From Candidatus Uhrbacteria bacterium (GTDB lineage: Bacteria > Patescibacteriota > Patescibacteriia > UBA9934), in contig DMOG01000026.1 of assembly GCA_003453595.1 (NCBI GenBank), positions 6,567-70,566 on the forward strand: a stretch of 64,000 bases of DNA, in the 5' to 3' direction. Position 1 is the stretch's first letter. Every line of letters starts with the position of its first letter. Below are positions 46,514-56,534 of the stretch, one piece after another. The translations under genes were made by a program, and so were the position numbers. The notes under the pieces were generated by a model. The model did not search any database, was not told where the DNA came from, and saw only the letters and a list, made by a program, of their open reading frames with translations.

Positions 46514-47536
46514 TTACATCTGCTCACCTTCCCCAGTCAATAAAATTTTATTTGCCCGAATGTACTCAATAGTTTTCTGCAACCCGTCCTCAAGTCTAAC
46601 GACCGGGAGCCAGCCAAGTTTTTCTTTTGCCAAACTTATATCCGGCAAACCAAGTTCAGACAAAAATGCGAGTTGCTCAGCAAAACTAATATGCGAAGTC
46701 GAGGATGTTAAATCAATTATTTTTTGGGCAACATTAACTAGTTTAAAATCTTGATCACTGCCAAAGTTCATTACTCGTTCTTCGCCGGCATAATCCATCA
46801 AGCGTCTTATGCCGTCAACAATGTCAGTGACATACACCAGTGATGTTTTAAATTCCTCTGTGCCATTGATAACAACATTTTCATTATTAAGCGCTTGCAA
46901 AACAAAATCAGGGATCTGTTGTCCATCAAACAACGGCATGCGTGGTCCATAAGTTCGAAAAATGCGCGCAATCTTGTAATCGATTTTGTGAACTTCGCCA
47001 TATGTGTAAAACATTGTTTCCGCAAAACGACGACCTTCATCATAACAAGCCCGTGGAGTGAGGTGATCAACGCATCCAATCTCGTTCTCTTTTAAAAATT
47101 TCATGTCATCTTTGCGTGGCCCGTAAACAACAGAACTTGAGGATAGTAAAATTTTTGCTTTGTACTTCACTGCCAGATCTAAAATGTTACGCGTACCAAC
47201 CGAACTTGTTAACAATGTTTTCTCTTTGAGTGTGTTGAAGTTTTTTATTGAAGTTGGCACTGCCAAATGATAAATCTCTTGAATGCCCTTAAAAGGTATC
47301 TTGAATGGTTCAAGCTCTGTAAATCTTTCCAGATCAAATGGTTCGTTGATATTCAAACGTAAAAACTGAAAATTTACATCTCTTAAAAATGGATCGATAT
47401 TATTAACACTTCCAGTAGCAAAATCATCAATACAAATAACTTTGTAATCTGACTTTAGAAGTTCGGCGCACAAAAATGATCCGATAAATCCAGCACCGCC
47501 AGTAACAATTGCAATCTTTTTTTCTTGATTAGGCAT
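46514..47536 (-). CDS. NAD-dependent epimerase/dehydratase (UDP-glucuronate decarboxylase-like)
   Basis: VTGGAGFIGS, RACYDEGRR, RIFRTYGPRM. Confidence 0.88.
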   Translation of the reverse strand: MPNQEKKIAIVTGGAGFIGSFLCAELLKSDYKVICIDDFATGSVNNIDPFLRDVNFQFLRLNINEPFDLERFTELEPFKIPFKGIQEIYHLAVPTSIKNFNTLKEKTLLTSSVGTRNILDLAVKYKAKILLSSSSVVYGPRKDDMKFLKENEIGCVDHLTPRACYDEGRRFAETMFYTYGEVHKIDYKIARIFRTYGPRMPLFDGQQIPDFVLQALNNENVVINGTEEFKTSLVYVTDIVDGIRRLMDYAGEERVMNFGSDQDFKLVNVAQKIIDLTSSTSHISFAEQLAFLSELGLPDISLAKEKLGWLPVVRLEDGLQKTIEYIRANKILLTGEGEQM

Positions 47537-47596
47537 AGGGAATGTGATTAGAAGTTGTAGAGGTGATTAAGGGGAGTTGGAGGGGAACCGCATGTG

Positions 47597-49207
47597 TCAC
47601 TCTGCGAGTTCTGCCAACATCTGCCGTGTCTTCATCTGACTTGTATCTACTTCAAATACTTGATCGATTCGATCTCCTAGTTCAAACTTTGTAAAAAATG
47701 TTGGTTCTATGTCAATCACATAATCTGCCCAATCACTGCCAAACATTTCAGTAGCGATTTCTTCACTGTTTATTTTTCGCAAAACCGGAACAAGGTCATC
47801 ATCTCCGCTGGCTAACATATAAACACTGTTGTCAGATTGAATTTTTACCAGTGCAACTCCTGCTTTTGGTAACATAACTCCTCCCAAATCAAACTGGGCA
47901 AGCTCATCATCGTTCATGACTTTAATATCAGAGAACGAATTTGACCAAGTAAAATATGCATTTGAGTCTAAAAATACTCTTCGCTTTCCAGCTGAGTCAA
48001 TATAATAAACCGAGGAAAATGAATTGCTTTTTATCAAATCTCCTGACGCATACCCTTCCACTGGAATTGATACTGGCTGCAAATCTTGTTGTGCTTGTGC
48101 TGATGCATAACTAGCTGCCAGCACAATCGCTTGATTAACATTTAATCGACCAGCACCAAATTGGTTACGATATTTACCACTTAAACTCATGGGGTCAACT
48201 GAAAGCTTTAATATATTCCGAATATCAGTTGGACTTAATGTTGGATATTTGGCCAGAATCAAGGCAGCTGAGCCAGCCACAACCGGCGAGGCCACTGAGG
48301 TTCCAGACCAGTGATCACCATATAAAGTGCTATACCCTGCTGATGGTTCATAATAAAACAATCCATACATATCTTCCCCTGGCGCTGATAAATCTGCACA
48401 AGAACTGCCGTAATTTGAAAACAAAGAATGTTGATCTGACGCGTCTGAGGCTGCAACACCAATCACCCAATCCTCATCACCATCATTGTAGCAGGCAGGA
48501 TAAACTGGATTATTATTGATATTCACTCCTTCATTACCAAGCGCAGCAACTACAACTACTCCGTGATTAAAGGCATTCATCACAGCTTTGCGCAAAGCTG
48601 GATCATCAGTGCTTCCTGAAAAACTCAGATTAATAACATCAGCACCATTTTCCACTGCATAATTAATCGCCTCTCGAGCGTCCATTGAATTGCCTGATCC
48701 GGTTTTATCCAACATCCGCACTGCCATAATGCGCGCATCCCAAACAACACCAGTTAGACCTTCGTGATTATTTCCAACAGCAGCAATCAATCCTGAAATA
48801 ACTGTGCCATGTGATACAGCGTCAGGGTCTGACCCACGCGATGTGTCTGGAGTGGGATCATTGTCACTATCAATAAAATCCCAACCATAAACATCGTCCA
48901 CAAATCCATTATCATCGTCATCGATGTTATTATCAGCAATCTCACCTGTATTTACCCAAATATTGTCCATAAGATCTGGATGATCAAGATCAACGCCAGT
49001 GTCCAATACAGCAATCACAACCGAACCATCACCTGTTTTGATGTCCCATGCCTCTGGAGCATCAATCATATCCAAATACCATTGCTCGTCATACTCAGTA
49101 TCATTTGGCGTCCGAGCAAAAACAACCGCAGGAAGCATACATAAAAGCAATCCTGCGGAAATTATTGTTTTAATTGTTTGTTTCCTCCTATTCACACTAT
49201 TCTTCAA
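47597..49207 (-). CDS. Secreted S8 subtilase with C-terminal surface-associated domain
   Basis: Catalytic triad motifs VLDTG, HGT and SGTS; signal peptide. Confidence 0.92.
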   Translation of the reverse strand: MKNSVNRRKQTIKTIISAGLLLCMLPAVVFARTPNDTEYDEQWYLDMIDAPEAWDIKTGDGSVVIAVLDTGVDLDHPDLMDNIWVNTGEIADNNIDDDDNGFVDDVYGWDFIDSDNDPTPDTSRGSDPDAVSHGTVISGLIAAVGNNHEGLTGVVWDARIMAVRMLDKTGSGNSMDAREAINYAVENGADVINLSFSGSTDDPALRKAVMNAFNHGVVVVAALGNEGVNINNNPVYPACYNDGDEDWVIGVAASDASDQHSLFSNYGSSCADLSAPGEDMYGLFYYEPSAGYSTLYGDHWSGTSVASPVVAGSAALILAKYPTLSPTDIRNILKLSVDPMSLSGKYRNQFGAGRLNVNQAIVLAASYASAQAQQDLQPVSIPVEGYASGDLIKSNSFSSVYYIDSAGKRRVFLDSNAYFTWSNSFSDIKVMNDDELAQFDLGGVMLPKAGVALVKIQSDNSVYMLASGDDDLVPVLRKINSEEIATEMFGSDWADYVIDIEPTFFTKFELGDRIDQVFEVDTSQMKTRQMLAELAE

Positions 49208-49877
49208 TACAAGTGTCTTCTACCACTTGCATATCTTGTTCAATTGACTCCACTGGTCCGCTTTCATTCTTAGCAAGAGTAAGAGCAACATTATAATGAT
49301 CCAATGACTTCTGACACTGACCATGATCTGCATAATATTCTCCCAATTGCACCATCACCCACTGAGTTTGTCCGATTGTATCAATATAATCAAGTAAAAG
49401 ATCTTCAACTTCTAAGCCGCGTGTTTCATCTCGCTCTATCACCTTTATTACATCCCGGTAAAACTCCTCCATTGGGGAAAGTTCAAGCGCAGTGCGAAAT
49501 GCTTCTTCTGCTTTATCCCAATCTTCCATCATGTAAACAATGTTTCCATAGGTATTCCAAGCAGCTGGATTGATTGAATTGTAAGTAAAGTATTCCTCAT
49601 AAATTTCCCGAGCCTGTACCAAATCGCCAAGATAATACGCGTCAGTTCCAGCAATCTCATAAAGATTAAGGTCAGGACGCTCATCAGCTTTTTTTGATGC
49701 AGTAATTGATGAAAGAGATTGTGCAAGCTGTTGTTGTAAAGTGGTAACAGTCTCCGGGTCTGATTGCACCTCCATGTGCGTTACAAGACCATAGTACGGA
49801 TTTGTAGATTGAAAGAGCCAATATCCTCCAGCAACAATTATCACAATTGCTGCCAAAATAAGTGGGAGTTTTTTCAT
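49197..49877 (-). CDS. Membrane-anchored TPR protein
   Basis: N-terminal TM; AWNTYGNIVY...AEEAFRTALELSP. Confidence 0.75.
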   Translation of the reverse strand: MKKLPLILAAIVIIVAGGYWLFQSTNPYYGLVTHMEVQSDPETVTTLQQQLAQSLSSITASKKADERPDLNLYEIAGTDAYYLGDLVQAREIYEEYFTYNSINPAAWNTYGNIVYMMEDWDKAEEAFRTALELSPMEEFYRDVIKVIERDETRGLEVEDLLLDYIDTIGQTQWVMVQLGEYYADHGQCQKSLDHYNVALTLAKNESGPVESIEQDMQVVEDTCIEE

Positions 49878-49937
49878 AAGTAGATATGTGATTTATGCCT
49901 ATATTTTATCGGATTATAGAAGATATGGCAACCAAGT

Positions 49938-50004
49938 TGGGGTCAGGTCTTTACTCGGAACACCCAAATTGATAAAAGGTGTTCCGAGTAAAGACCTGAC
50001 CCCA
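49938..50004. repeat. REP-like hairpin, family C (inverted relative to the 21528 copy)
   Basis: TGGGGTCAGGTCTTTACTCGGAACACC-13nt-GGTGTTCCGAGTAAAGACCTGACCCCA. Confidence 0.9.
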
Positions 50005-50014
50005 TTTGCGCAAA

Positions 50015-50045
50015 ACCAAAACCCCGCCGAAGCGGGGTTTTGGTA
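50015..50045 (-). terminator. Intrinsic terminator of the S-layer-like gene
   Basis: CCAAAACCCCGC-CGAA-GCGGGGTTTTGG followed by TTTT on the minus strand. Confidence 0.75.
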
Positions 50046-50081
50046 CTTGATTGCTCAAGATTTGAGGATTTCTAATCGAGA

Positions 50082-53000
50082 TTAGAATTGGATTGCACCA
50101 CCAGAGATAGGCAAGCTATCAACTAGGTATGCGCCCCATCCTTGCTGAGCAGCTGTAAGTCCAGCTACTCCATCGTCTTCCCAATAGAATGAATCAGGTC
50201 GGCGAAGAATGTTTTGTGTAGTTACTGGCAATGTCATATTTCGTCCAAGGTAACCACGAACCAAGGTAACGGTTAGTGTGTCTACGCTTGTAACAAGTAC
50301 GATTTCCTCAGTTGCGTCACATGTTGTGTTAGCACCTGCAAGACATAGCTGATCACCTTCTGTAATTCCAGTTACAGCACTTAAGATAAGTGTGGTATCT
50401 GCAATTGTTATAGCTGGGTCATCGATTGTAACTGTTGGATTTACCCATGTTGAGAACTCGGTTGCTCCAACAAGGGAGAACTGAATAGTGTCATGGTTTG
50501 TTGAAGAAGCTCCCACTGAGTCAAAGTACAAAGCAAATGTGTATGTGGTTCCGGCTGGAACTACAAGTGCCTCTGCGTCTGTATCAAACTCCAACTGAAC
50601 ATAGTCAACCTTTGCATCTTGTGCAAGATCGATTGTTGTTGCGCCTTCTACGAATGTCCACTCGGCATCATCGTCAAGAGCAGTTCCTGTTCCGGTTGTT
50701 GTCAAGTTGTACAAGTCAAAGTCTGAAGTCTGGATATCATCTCCTGTTACTCCATCATCTGGATCCCATGTATTCCACAATGTTGTTTCGTTATCTGTTG
50801 AAGAGAGTTTCCATACAAAGTCATGGATAATCACATCTTCATTTGCAGATGCGGCAACATTAAAGCGGTAAACTTCTTGGTCACCAGGAACCTTTGTTCC
50901 AGATGGGCTTGATGAACTCAAGCTGATTGTTGGTGTTGTTTCCTTAACAATGAATGTTGCAATTCCGTCTGTTGAATGCAAGTCGTCTCCAACAGCACTT
51001 ACATCATCGTCATCTAATGTTGATCCTGAACCAACTCCGACAGCTCGGAAGTTATCATCATTGGTTGCATCAATAAAGAATCCCATACGAACCTTTTCGC
51101 CAGAAGTTGAAGAACCGCCAGCGTTTCGGTCAATAACAGGAACATTAACAAATACTTCAACTGTAGCTGGATCATCTGTAGTTACATAGATTGGAGCTGT
51201 TGACAAGCTAAACTTGGCTTCATTTCCGTTCATTGTAGCAGTCTTTGATCCAGTTGTGCCATTTTCAAGTGGGTACTCAATTGTAACCAATGAAATGTTG
51301 TTTGCGTAACCAGAGTCATTACATGTTGTTGTTAAACATGAACCTGGAGTGACATCGTCAACATTAACATCGTCGTCCTCACCCTGCTCTTCTGAAACAG
51401 TGAAGGTGCTGACCTGGAATGCTTCGTTTGTTGCTGTGATTCTGTATGTAGCTACATGACTATCTGTTGTGTTTGACAACAAGAAATCTGCGCTTGGTGT
51501 TCCAGAATCGGCAGTAACTGCGATTGATCCAGCTGGAGATACTGTTACGATAACAGCACTTGTTAATGTTGTTCCACCGTTTAGAGCGTCAGCAGCTGCG
51601 CCTCCGCTGGTAAGTGGGTCAACATCTGAACCTCCATCATCTTGGGCAACAATATCCTCTGAAGCATCAGCGATATCAAATGAGAAGTAATCGCTATCAG
51701 CATCAGATGGATTTGCAAAGTTACAGTAGAGCTGTACTTTTTGTGTTGCGCCAGCTGCGAGTGTCCAATTTACAGAACTAAATGTAATAGTCTGTCCATT
51801 GCTTGCTGGTGATTTTGGTCCGGCAAGAAGAGCATTGTTAATGTCGTAGATTGAACATGAACTTACGAAATCATTAACATCATATCCTGAAGCTCCACCG
51901 ATTGTGGATGTTTCAGAACCATCATCGTCTCCATAGGCAGAGAACGCGATGCTGGTAATTTCAACATCTCCAGAGTCTCCAGCAACAAGGTTGAAATCAA
52001 CAACATTCACATCTGTCATTCCATGAATAGTTGTGAAATCTGTTGGTGTTGAAGCCAAAGACATTGTTAATGAAGCACTTCGAGCTGTTTGTGCATAACC
52101 TGTAATATCAGCTGATGGCACAACATCAGTTGCGTTTGTAAGAGTGTCACCATTGGTGTCCTCAGCTACAAATCCTGAGATATCTAGAGTTGCTCCAAGA
52201 GCTGTTCCGGTTGTGATTGTGTCATCAACATCAACAACAACTTGGATATTCAATGTTTCACCAGCGCTCATTTCAAAGTCATCAGTGAAATCAATTGTTT
52301 GTGCACCATCGTTTGTTCCGTCAGCTCCACAGACAACAGTAATACAATCAAGTTCCAATGGACCCATGATTGTTGCTCCTGTATCTGCGTTAACAAGCTT
52401 GATGTCAGAAATGTTTCCTTCTGCACCAGTGTTAATAAGACCATCGCTATCATTTCCTGAATCATCGCCTGGAGTGAATGGATTATTATTTCCATCATCT
52501 TCAGCACCAACGATAATATCAAGATCTTTGATAGTGATATCCTGAACAGTTGTAAATGTAAACTCAAGAAGAACTTGGTCATTACTGTTTGTTCGGATAT
52601 CACCAGCACTTGGTCCAGATAGAGCAAATGTTACATCTCCACCTTGGATTGTTGAGTAGTTACACTCATCAGATCCTCCGCCAGCACATGTACCACCGTC
52701 ATATCCAGTGATAGTTGCTGCCATTGGGTAGAAATATTCTGCACCTTCTACTTGAACATCAATAGCATTGTCCATGTAAACCTTAGCAGTGTCAGCTGCT
52801 TCTCCTCCGATATCTGCTGTAACTGTAAAAGTCTTACTCTGACCCTTAGCGATATTGTAGTCCTCATCAAAATCAAAGACTACAAGCTTGCTTCCGATAT
52901 ATTCTCCTGTAGCAACCAAAGTTGTACCTGTGTACATCTTATAGTCACTATGATCAGCGCCGTTATCAACCTTCAATGTTAATGATTGAACATTTCCAGC

Positions 53001-54263
53001 TTCAGTTGCAGTTGTGATCTTGAAAGATCCAATTGTTGCATCGTTCTGGCCCAAAGATGGGTTGTCAATTGTTCCTGTATCAAGAATTGTTACAGTTCCA
53101 ACTGTTGTTCCAGAAACTGAGAATGTATTTCCGTCTAGTGGGAAGTTGCCTGCTACATCACCGGCTGATACAACATCTCCATCCTCGTACAAGCCAAATT
53201 GGATTTCATCACCTACGCTTGCAGAAATTGTTACGCGAACAGAAATTGTTCGTGTTTCATTTGCTGCCAATGCAAGGCCAAGACTTCCAAAAGTTGCCTT
53301 TCGAGTTGAAGAGTTTACTGAACGAGCTTCTGTCAAACGAGTGTTATCTTCGTAAAGATAAACATTGGAAACATCGGTTGATGAAGAAAGTCCAATCATC
53401 TTAACAGCGATCTGGCTAACTGTTGTTGCCTCAGATCCTGCTTTGATATCAAACTTCAAAACTTCAACTGTGTTTGCGTTTGTTGGAACTGAAGTTCCAG
53501 CTGGGTTTGAAGATGAAAGTTTTACTGTTACATCTCCTGTTGCGACTACATCGTCAACACCACCCTGTTGTGAACAGTCTGTAAGCTCTGAAACTTCAGA
53601 AGTGATATCACTTCCTGCTGTCAAAGCTGAGTCATCAATGCCAGTTCCGTTAAGGAACATAGCTGTTTGCATTTTGTTTGCAGTACGTCCAGCTGATGAA
53701 ACCATAAGCTTTTCGCCACCCCATGCAAGGTAATAGTCAGAGCCATCTTTGTACATCATTCCGTCGTATGCGGTTGCTGATGTTAGAGATACTCCTTCTG
53801 AATAATCTGACCAGAAAACATCGGCAACATCATGAATTTGTGTTGCCCAATCGCTTCCTGCTAGTGCTTCTGCAGTAGCAGCGTCTTCAATCCATAGGAT
53901 TGATCCGTCTGTTGAAACTGCGTAAACTTTAGGGTTAGATGTAATCTTAACCCAGTATGAACCTGGTCGGTAAACAATGTTTCCGCCAAGAGCGATATCA
54001 GCTAGAGCGCTGTCTGAGATTGTCTCGACACCACTGAAATCTGAATACCATGTGAAGTAAGTCTTCTCGTTAGGGAATGTGTAACGCATACCGTCTGGTG
54101 CGTAGTAGTAAACGGTTGAGAGAGACTCACTCTTTATAAGGTCACCTGCTGTTGCAGCACTAACTGTGCTTGGAGCAAGGACCGCACTCAAAGAACCAAG
54201 AACCATTGCAGCAATAGTTACCACTGCAAAGATTCGGTTTCGGAGTTGAAATGCATCGTGCAT
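50082..54263 (-). CDS. Large acidic S-layer-like surface protein (about 1390 aa)
   Basis: Signal peptide; T/S/D/G-rich beta-repeat body; strong codon bias; long leader; start probably ATG at 54263. Confidence 0.8.
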   Translation of the reverse strand: MHDAFQLRNRIFAVVTIAAMVLGSLSAVLAPSTVSAATAGDLIKSESLSTVYYYAPDGMRYTFPNEKTYFTWYSDFSGVETISDSALADIALGGNIVYRPGSYWVKITSNPKVYAVSTDGSILWIEDAATAEALAGSDWATQIHDVADVFWSDYSEGVSLTSATAYDGMMYKDGSDYYLAWGGEKLMVSSAGRTANKMQTAMFLNGTGIDDSALTAGSDITSEVSELTDCSQQGGVDDVVATGDVTVKLSSSNPAGTSVPTNANTVEVLKFDIKAGSEATTVSQIAVKMIGLSSSTDVSNVYLYEDNTRLTEARSVNSSTRKATFGSLGLALAANETRTISVRVTISASVGDEIQFGLYEDGDVVSAGDVAGNFPLDGNTFSVSGTTVGTVTILDTGTIDNPSLGQNDATIGSFKITTATEAGNVQSLTLKVDNGADHSDYKMYTGTTLVATGEYIGSKLVVFDFDEDYNIAKGQSKTFTVTADIGGEAADTAKVYMDNAIDVQVEGAEYFYPMAATITGYDGGTCAGGGSDECNYSTIQGGDVTFALSGPSAGDIRTNSNDQVLLEFTFTTVQDITIKDLDIIVGAEDDGNNNPFTPGDDSGNDSDGLINTGAEGNISDIKLVNADTGATIMGPLELDCITVVCGADGTNDGAQTIDFTDDFEMSAGETLNIQVVVDVDDTITTGTALGATLDISGFVAEDTNGDTLTNATDVVPSADITGYAQTARSASLTMSLASTPTDFTTIHGMTDVNVVDFNLVAGDSGDVEITSIAFSAYGDDDGSETSTIGGASGYDVNDFVSSCSIYDINNALLAGPKSPASNGQTITFSSVNWTLAAGATQKVQLYCNFANPSDADSDYFSFDIADASEDIVAQDDGGSDVDPLTSGGAAADALNGGTTLTSAVIVTVSPAGSIAVTADSGTPSADFLLSNTTDSHVATYRITATNEAFQVSTFTVSEEQGEDDDVNVDDVTPGSCLTTTCNDSGYANNISLVTIEYPLENGTTGSKTATMNGNEAKFSLSTAPIYVTTDDPATVEVFVNVPVIDRNAGGSSTSGEKVRMGFFIDATNDDNFRAVGVGSGSTLDDDDVSAVGDDLHSTDGIATFIVKETTPTISLSSSSPSGTKVPGDQEVYRFNVAASANEDVIIHDFVWKLSSTDNETTLWNTWDPDDGVTGDDIQTSDFDLYNLTTTGTGTALDDDAEWTFVEGATTIDLAQDAKVDYVQLEFDTDAEALVVPAGTTYTFALYFDSVGASSTNHDTIQFSLVGATEFSTWVNPTVTIDDPAITIADTTLILSAVTGITEGDQLCLAGANTTCDATEEIVLVTSVDTLTVTLVRGYLGRNMTLPVTTQNILRRPDSFYWEDDGVAGLTAAQQGWGAYLVDSLPISGGAIQF

Positions 54264-54431
54264 AATCAATTCTATCCTTTCTATTATTATGAGTAATGGC
54301 GTATTTTCGGCCATGCGGCCTCGACCTTTCGGAAAATACACCGGGTTGAACCTTAGATGAAGAAACGCTTAAATGCGTTCCTATCAAGAGCCACCATCTT
54401 TGATTGATGACTCCTAGATAGAAAAACAAGT

Positions 54432-55544
54432 TTATTGTGTAATTTGTGGATCTGAACTTTCGTTTTCCTGATTCTCTTCTACAATTTCTACCTCCTCTAC
54501 CACTTCTTCCACTTTTTCTTCTACATCCTCTTGTAAATTAAGCACTGTCATCACCTGCTCTTCGATTGATGCCAGTCTTGCTTCGATACCAAGAAGAGTT
54601 GTGTCTGCATCGCGCAACATGTCAAAGGCACCACGATAGGCACCGGCCGCAAATGAATTCATAGCTTCGGCAACATCATCGGTAGCTTGATCTATTTCAA
54701 ACTGGAGTCTAAGGATATCGTCGCCTGACAAAATACCTTCTATTGCATTTTCATTTATAATTGCACTAATTGTTTGCACACGACCTGTGTCAAATGTTTG
54801 GCGTTCGCGTAGATCTGTGTATTCATTTTTAAATGATCGATTAAGCGCAACTCCTGATTCTTGAGTTTCGGTTTGCTCATGCACATCCATGATTGCGTCC
54901 ACTGCTGAGTTTGAAACTGCTGTGGTTGTTTCTGTGGCATCCTTGGCAGATTGATCGCCAATGGCATTAAGCTCGGCTTGCAATGTGCTGATTTTTTCAT
55001 CAAGAACACTGGCAACTGTGAGAGTATTTGCATCCTGATTATTCTTTAGCTGTGTTAGAGCGTCTCCGGCTTTTACCACCTCTGTTTCCAATGCATGCAC
55101 TGTTTCAGCAAGATAACGCTCTGAACGACCATCATCTATTTGTTGCAATGACTGAATTTCTACCATGCGACGCTGGGCAAATTGAGTATGCAATACAGCG
55201 CGTTGATCTTGTGGGGAGATAATTAATTGAGCTTGCTCAGTAATTAACTTCACATTATAAAGAGTGTCGCCAGGGATACTACCAACCGCAGCCTTTACTG
55301 TTGTGAACCAGCCACCAAATAAAAGCGCGAAAATAACAAGACCCACGCCGATTGGGCGTGTGGCAAAAGAAAAAGCATTCCATTTTATGTAAGCAACTTG
55401 TGCGTCACCAATGACTCGATCATCATGATGACCAATAGCAGTAAGTAATTGAGTCTTGGCCTGATTTTGCCCAACACCATCAACCCATCCAGCATCTGGA
55501 TGATTTTTGAGGGATTTGAGTTGTGCGATCACTTCGCGACTCAT
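54432..55544 (-). CDS. DUF5667 protein, probable anti-sigma factor
   Basis: Single TM then SIPGDTLYNVKLITEQ...FAQRRMVE; directly downstream of the ECF sigma. Confidence 0.8.
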   Translation of the reverse strand: MSREVIAQLKSLKNHPDAGWVDGVGQNQAKTQLLTAIGHHDDRVIGDAQVAYIKWNAFSFATRPIGVGLVIFALLFGGWFTTVKAAVGSIPGDTLYNVKLITEQAQLIISPQDQRAVLHTQFAQRRMVEIQSLQQIDDGRSERYLAETVHALETEVVKAGDALTQLKNNQDANTLTVASVLDEKISTLQAELNAIGDQSAKDATETTTAVSNSAVDAIMDVHEQTETQESGVALNRSFKNEYTDLRERQTFDTGRVQTISAIINENAIEGILSGDDILRLQFEIDQATDDVAEAMNSFAAGAYRGAFDMLRDADTTLLGIEARLASIEEQVMTVLNLQEDVEEKVEEVVEEVEIVEENQENESSDPQITQ

Positions 55545-55546
55545 AT

Positions 55547-56074
55547 TTATTTTTTAGCGCGCTCTTGAAGCGCTTTTTTTGCTCTATGCAATAGTACCCG
55601 GACACTGCCTGTTGTTTTTTCCAACGATTCAGCAATCTCACCAATACTCATCTCGTCTAAGAACCTCATGACAAGCACATCCCGATATTCCTCTCTTATT
55701 TCTCGTAAAAGCTTGATAAGAGCTTGCTGATCCTGCTGATCTGACAATTCTTCTGCCAAATCATGTTCATCTGTCTTATATTCTGCTTCTTCCACGCCAA
55801 CCTCGATTTTGCGCTTGCGATAGTAGTCAGCAATGACATTTCTTGCGATTCTGTAGAAAAGAGCGGCTGGATTATTGACTAGGGAGGATGTCGCATATTC
55901 CCAACCTCTAAGAAAGACTTCAGCTGCTAATTCATCTGCATCTTCCTTGCTAGGCACGCGGAATATAATGAAGCGACGAATGCGGGAAATATAAAAGTCA
56001 TACAGTTCTCCGTATGCTCCTGTATCTCGAAACCTAAAAACTCGAAATAGTAGAAATTTGTTTCGATGTCGCAT
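55547..56074 (-). CDS. ECF RNA polymerase sigma factor
   Basis: DADELAAEVFL, FYRIARNVIADYYR, region-4 HTH GSVRVLLHRAK. Confidence 0.92.
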   Translation of the reverse strand: MRHRNKFLLFRVFRFRDTGAYGELYDFYISRIRRFIIFRVPSKEDADELAAEVFLRGWEYATSSLVNNPAALFYRIARNVIADYYRKRKIEVGVEEAEYKTDEHDLAEELSDQQDQQALIKLLREIREEYRDVLVMRFLDEMSIGEIAESLEKTTGSVRVLLHRAKKALQERAKK

Positions 56075-56086
56075 TTCAATTAATAA

Positions 56087-56112
56087 GTCGTTAAAATTCC
56101 TTTTGCGTTACA
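56087..56112 (-). promoter_or_regulatory. Putative ECF-type autoregulatory promoter
   Basis: TGTAAC-N16-CGAC immediately upstream of the sigma ATG. Confidence 0.55.
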
Positions 56113-56167
56113 CATTGTCAAAAGGTCAGTAATCATAGCAAAAAAACCGCTTTTAATCAAGGGGAAT

Positions 56168-56196
56168 TTGACAAAATGCCTATTTTTGTCTACTCT
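56168..56196 (+). promoter_or_regulatory. sigma70 promoter
   Basis: TTGACA-17-TACTCT. Confidence 0.7.
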
Positions 56197-56225
56197 AGCG
56201 TAGACAAATCATCATTTATTCCCCT

Positions 56226-56522
56226 ATGACTGGCCAAAATACCCCTGTTCGCCTTTCTGTGTCTGAAGCTGCCAAAATCTTTGGCGTTAGCGCCAGAACC
56301 ATCAGACGAGCTATCACAGACAATGAAATCACCTATATCGTTGTTCAGGGTCGATATAAGATCAATTTTGAGTCTTTGCTAAAATGGTCACAATCAAGCA
56401 CTACTGTCCGCAATAAACGCGACAAAGCCGGAATTGGCCAATTTGTGGAAAAATGGAAAATCAAAAACACACTTTATTCTCCAAATCCTGATATAATTAA
56501 AAAAGATTCTGATGACTCTTGA
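56226..56522 (+). CDS. Excisionase-like HTH (HTH_17) DNA-binding protein
   Basis: LSVSEAAKIFGVSARTIRRAI. Confidence 0.85.
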   Translation: MTGQNTPVRLSVSEAAKIFGVSARTIRRAITDNEITYIVVQGRYKINFESLLKWSQSSTTVRNKRDKAGIGQFVEKWKIKNTLYSPNPDIIKKDSDDS

Positions 56523-56534
56523 GCTTTATAAAGT

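Noticed and set aside
49888-50085. 65-aa ORF downstream of the S-layer-like gene
   Set aside because: Consists of the family-C REP and the terminator
56226-56522. Excisionase-like HTH as a sign of a prophage
   Set aside because: No integrase or phage genes nearby; it has its own sigma70 promoter and chromosomal neighbours
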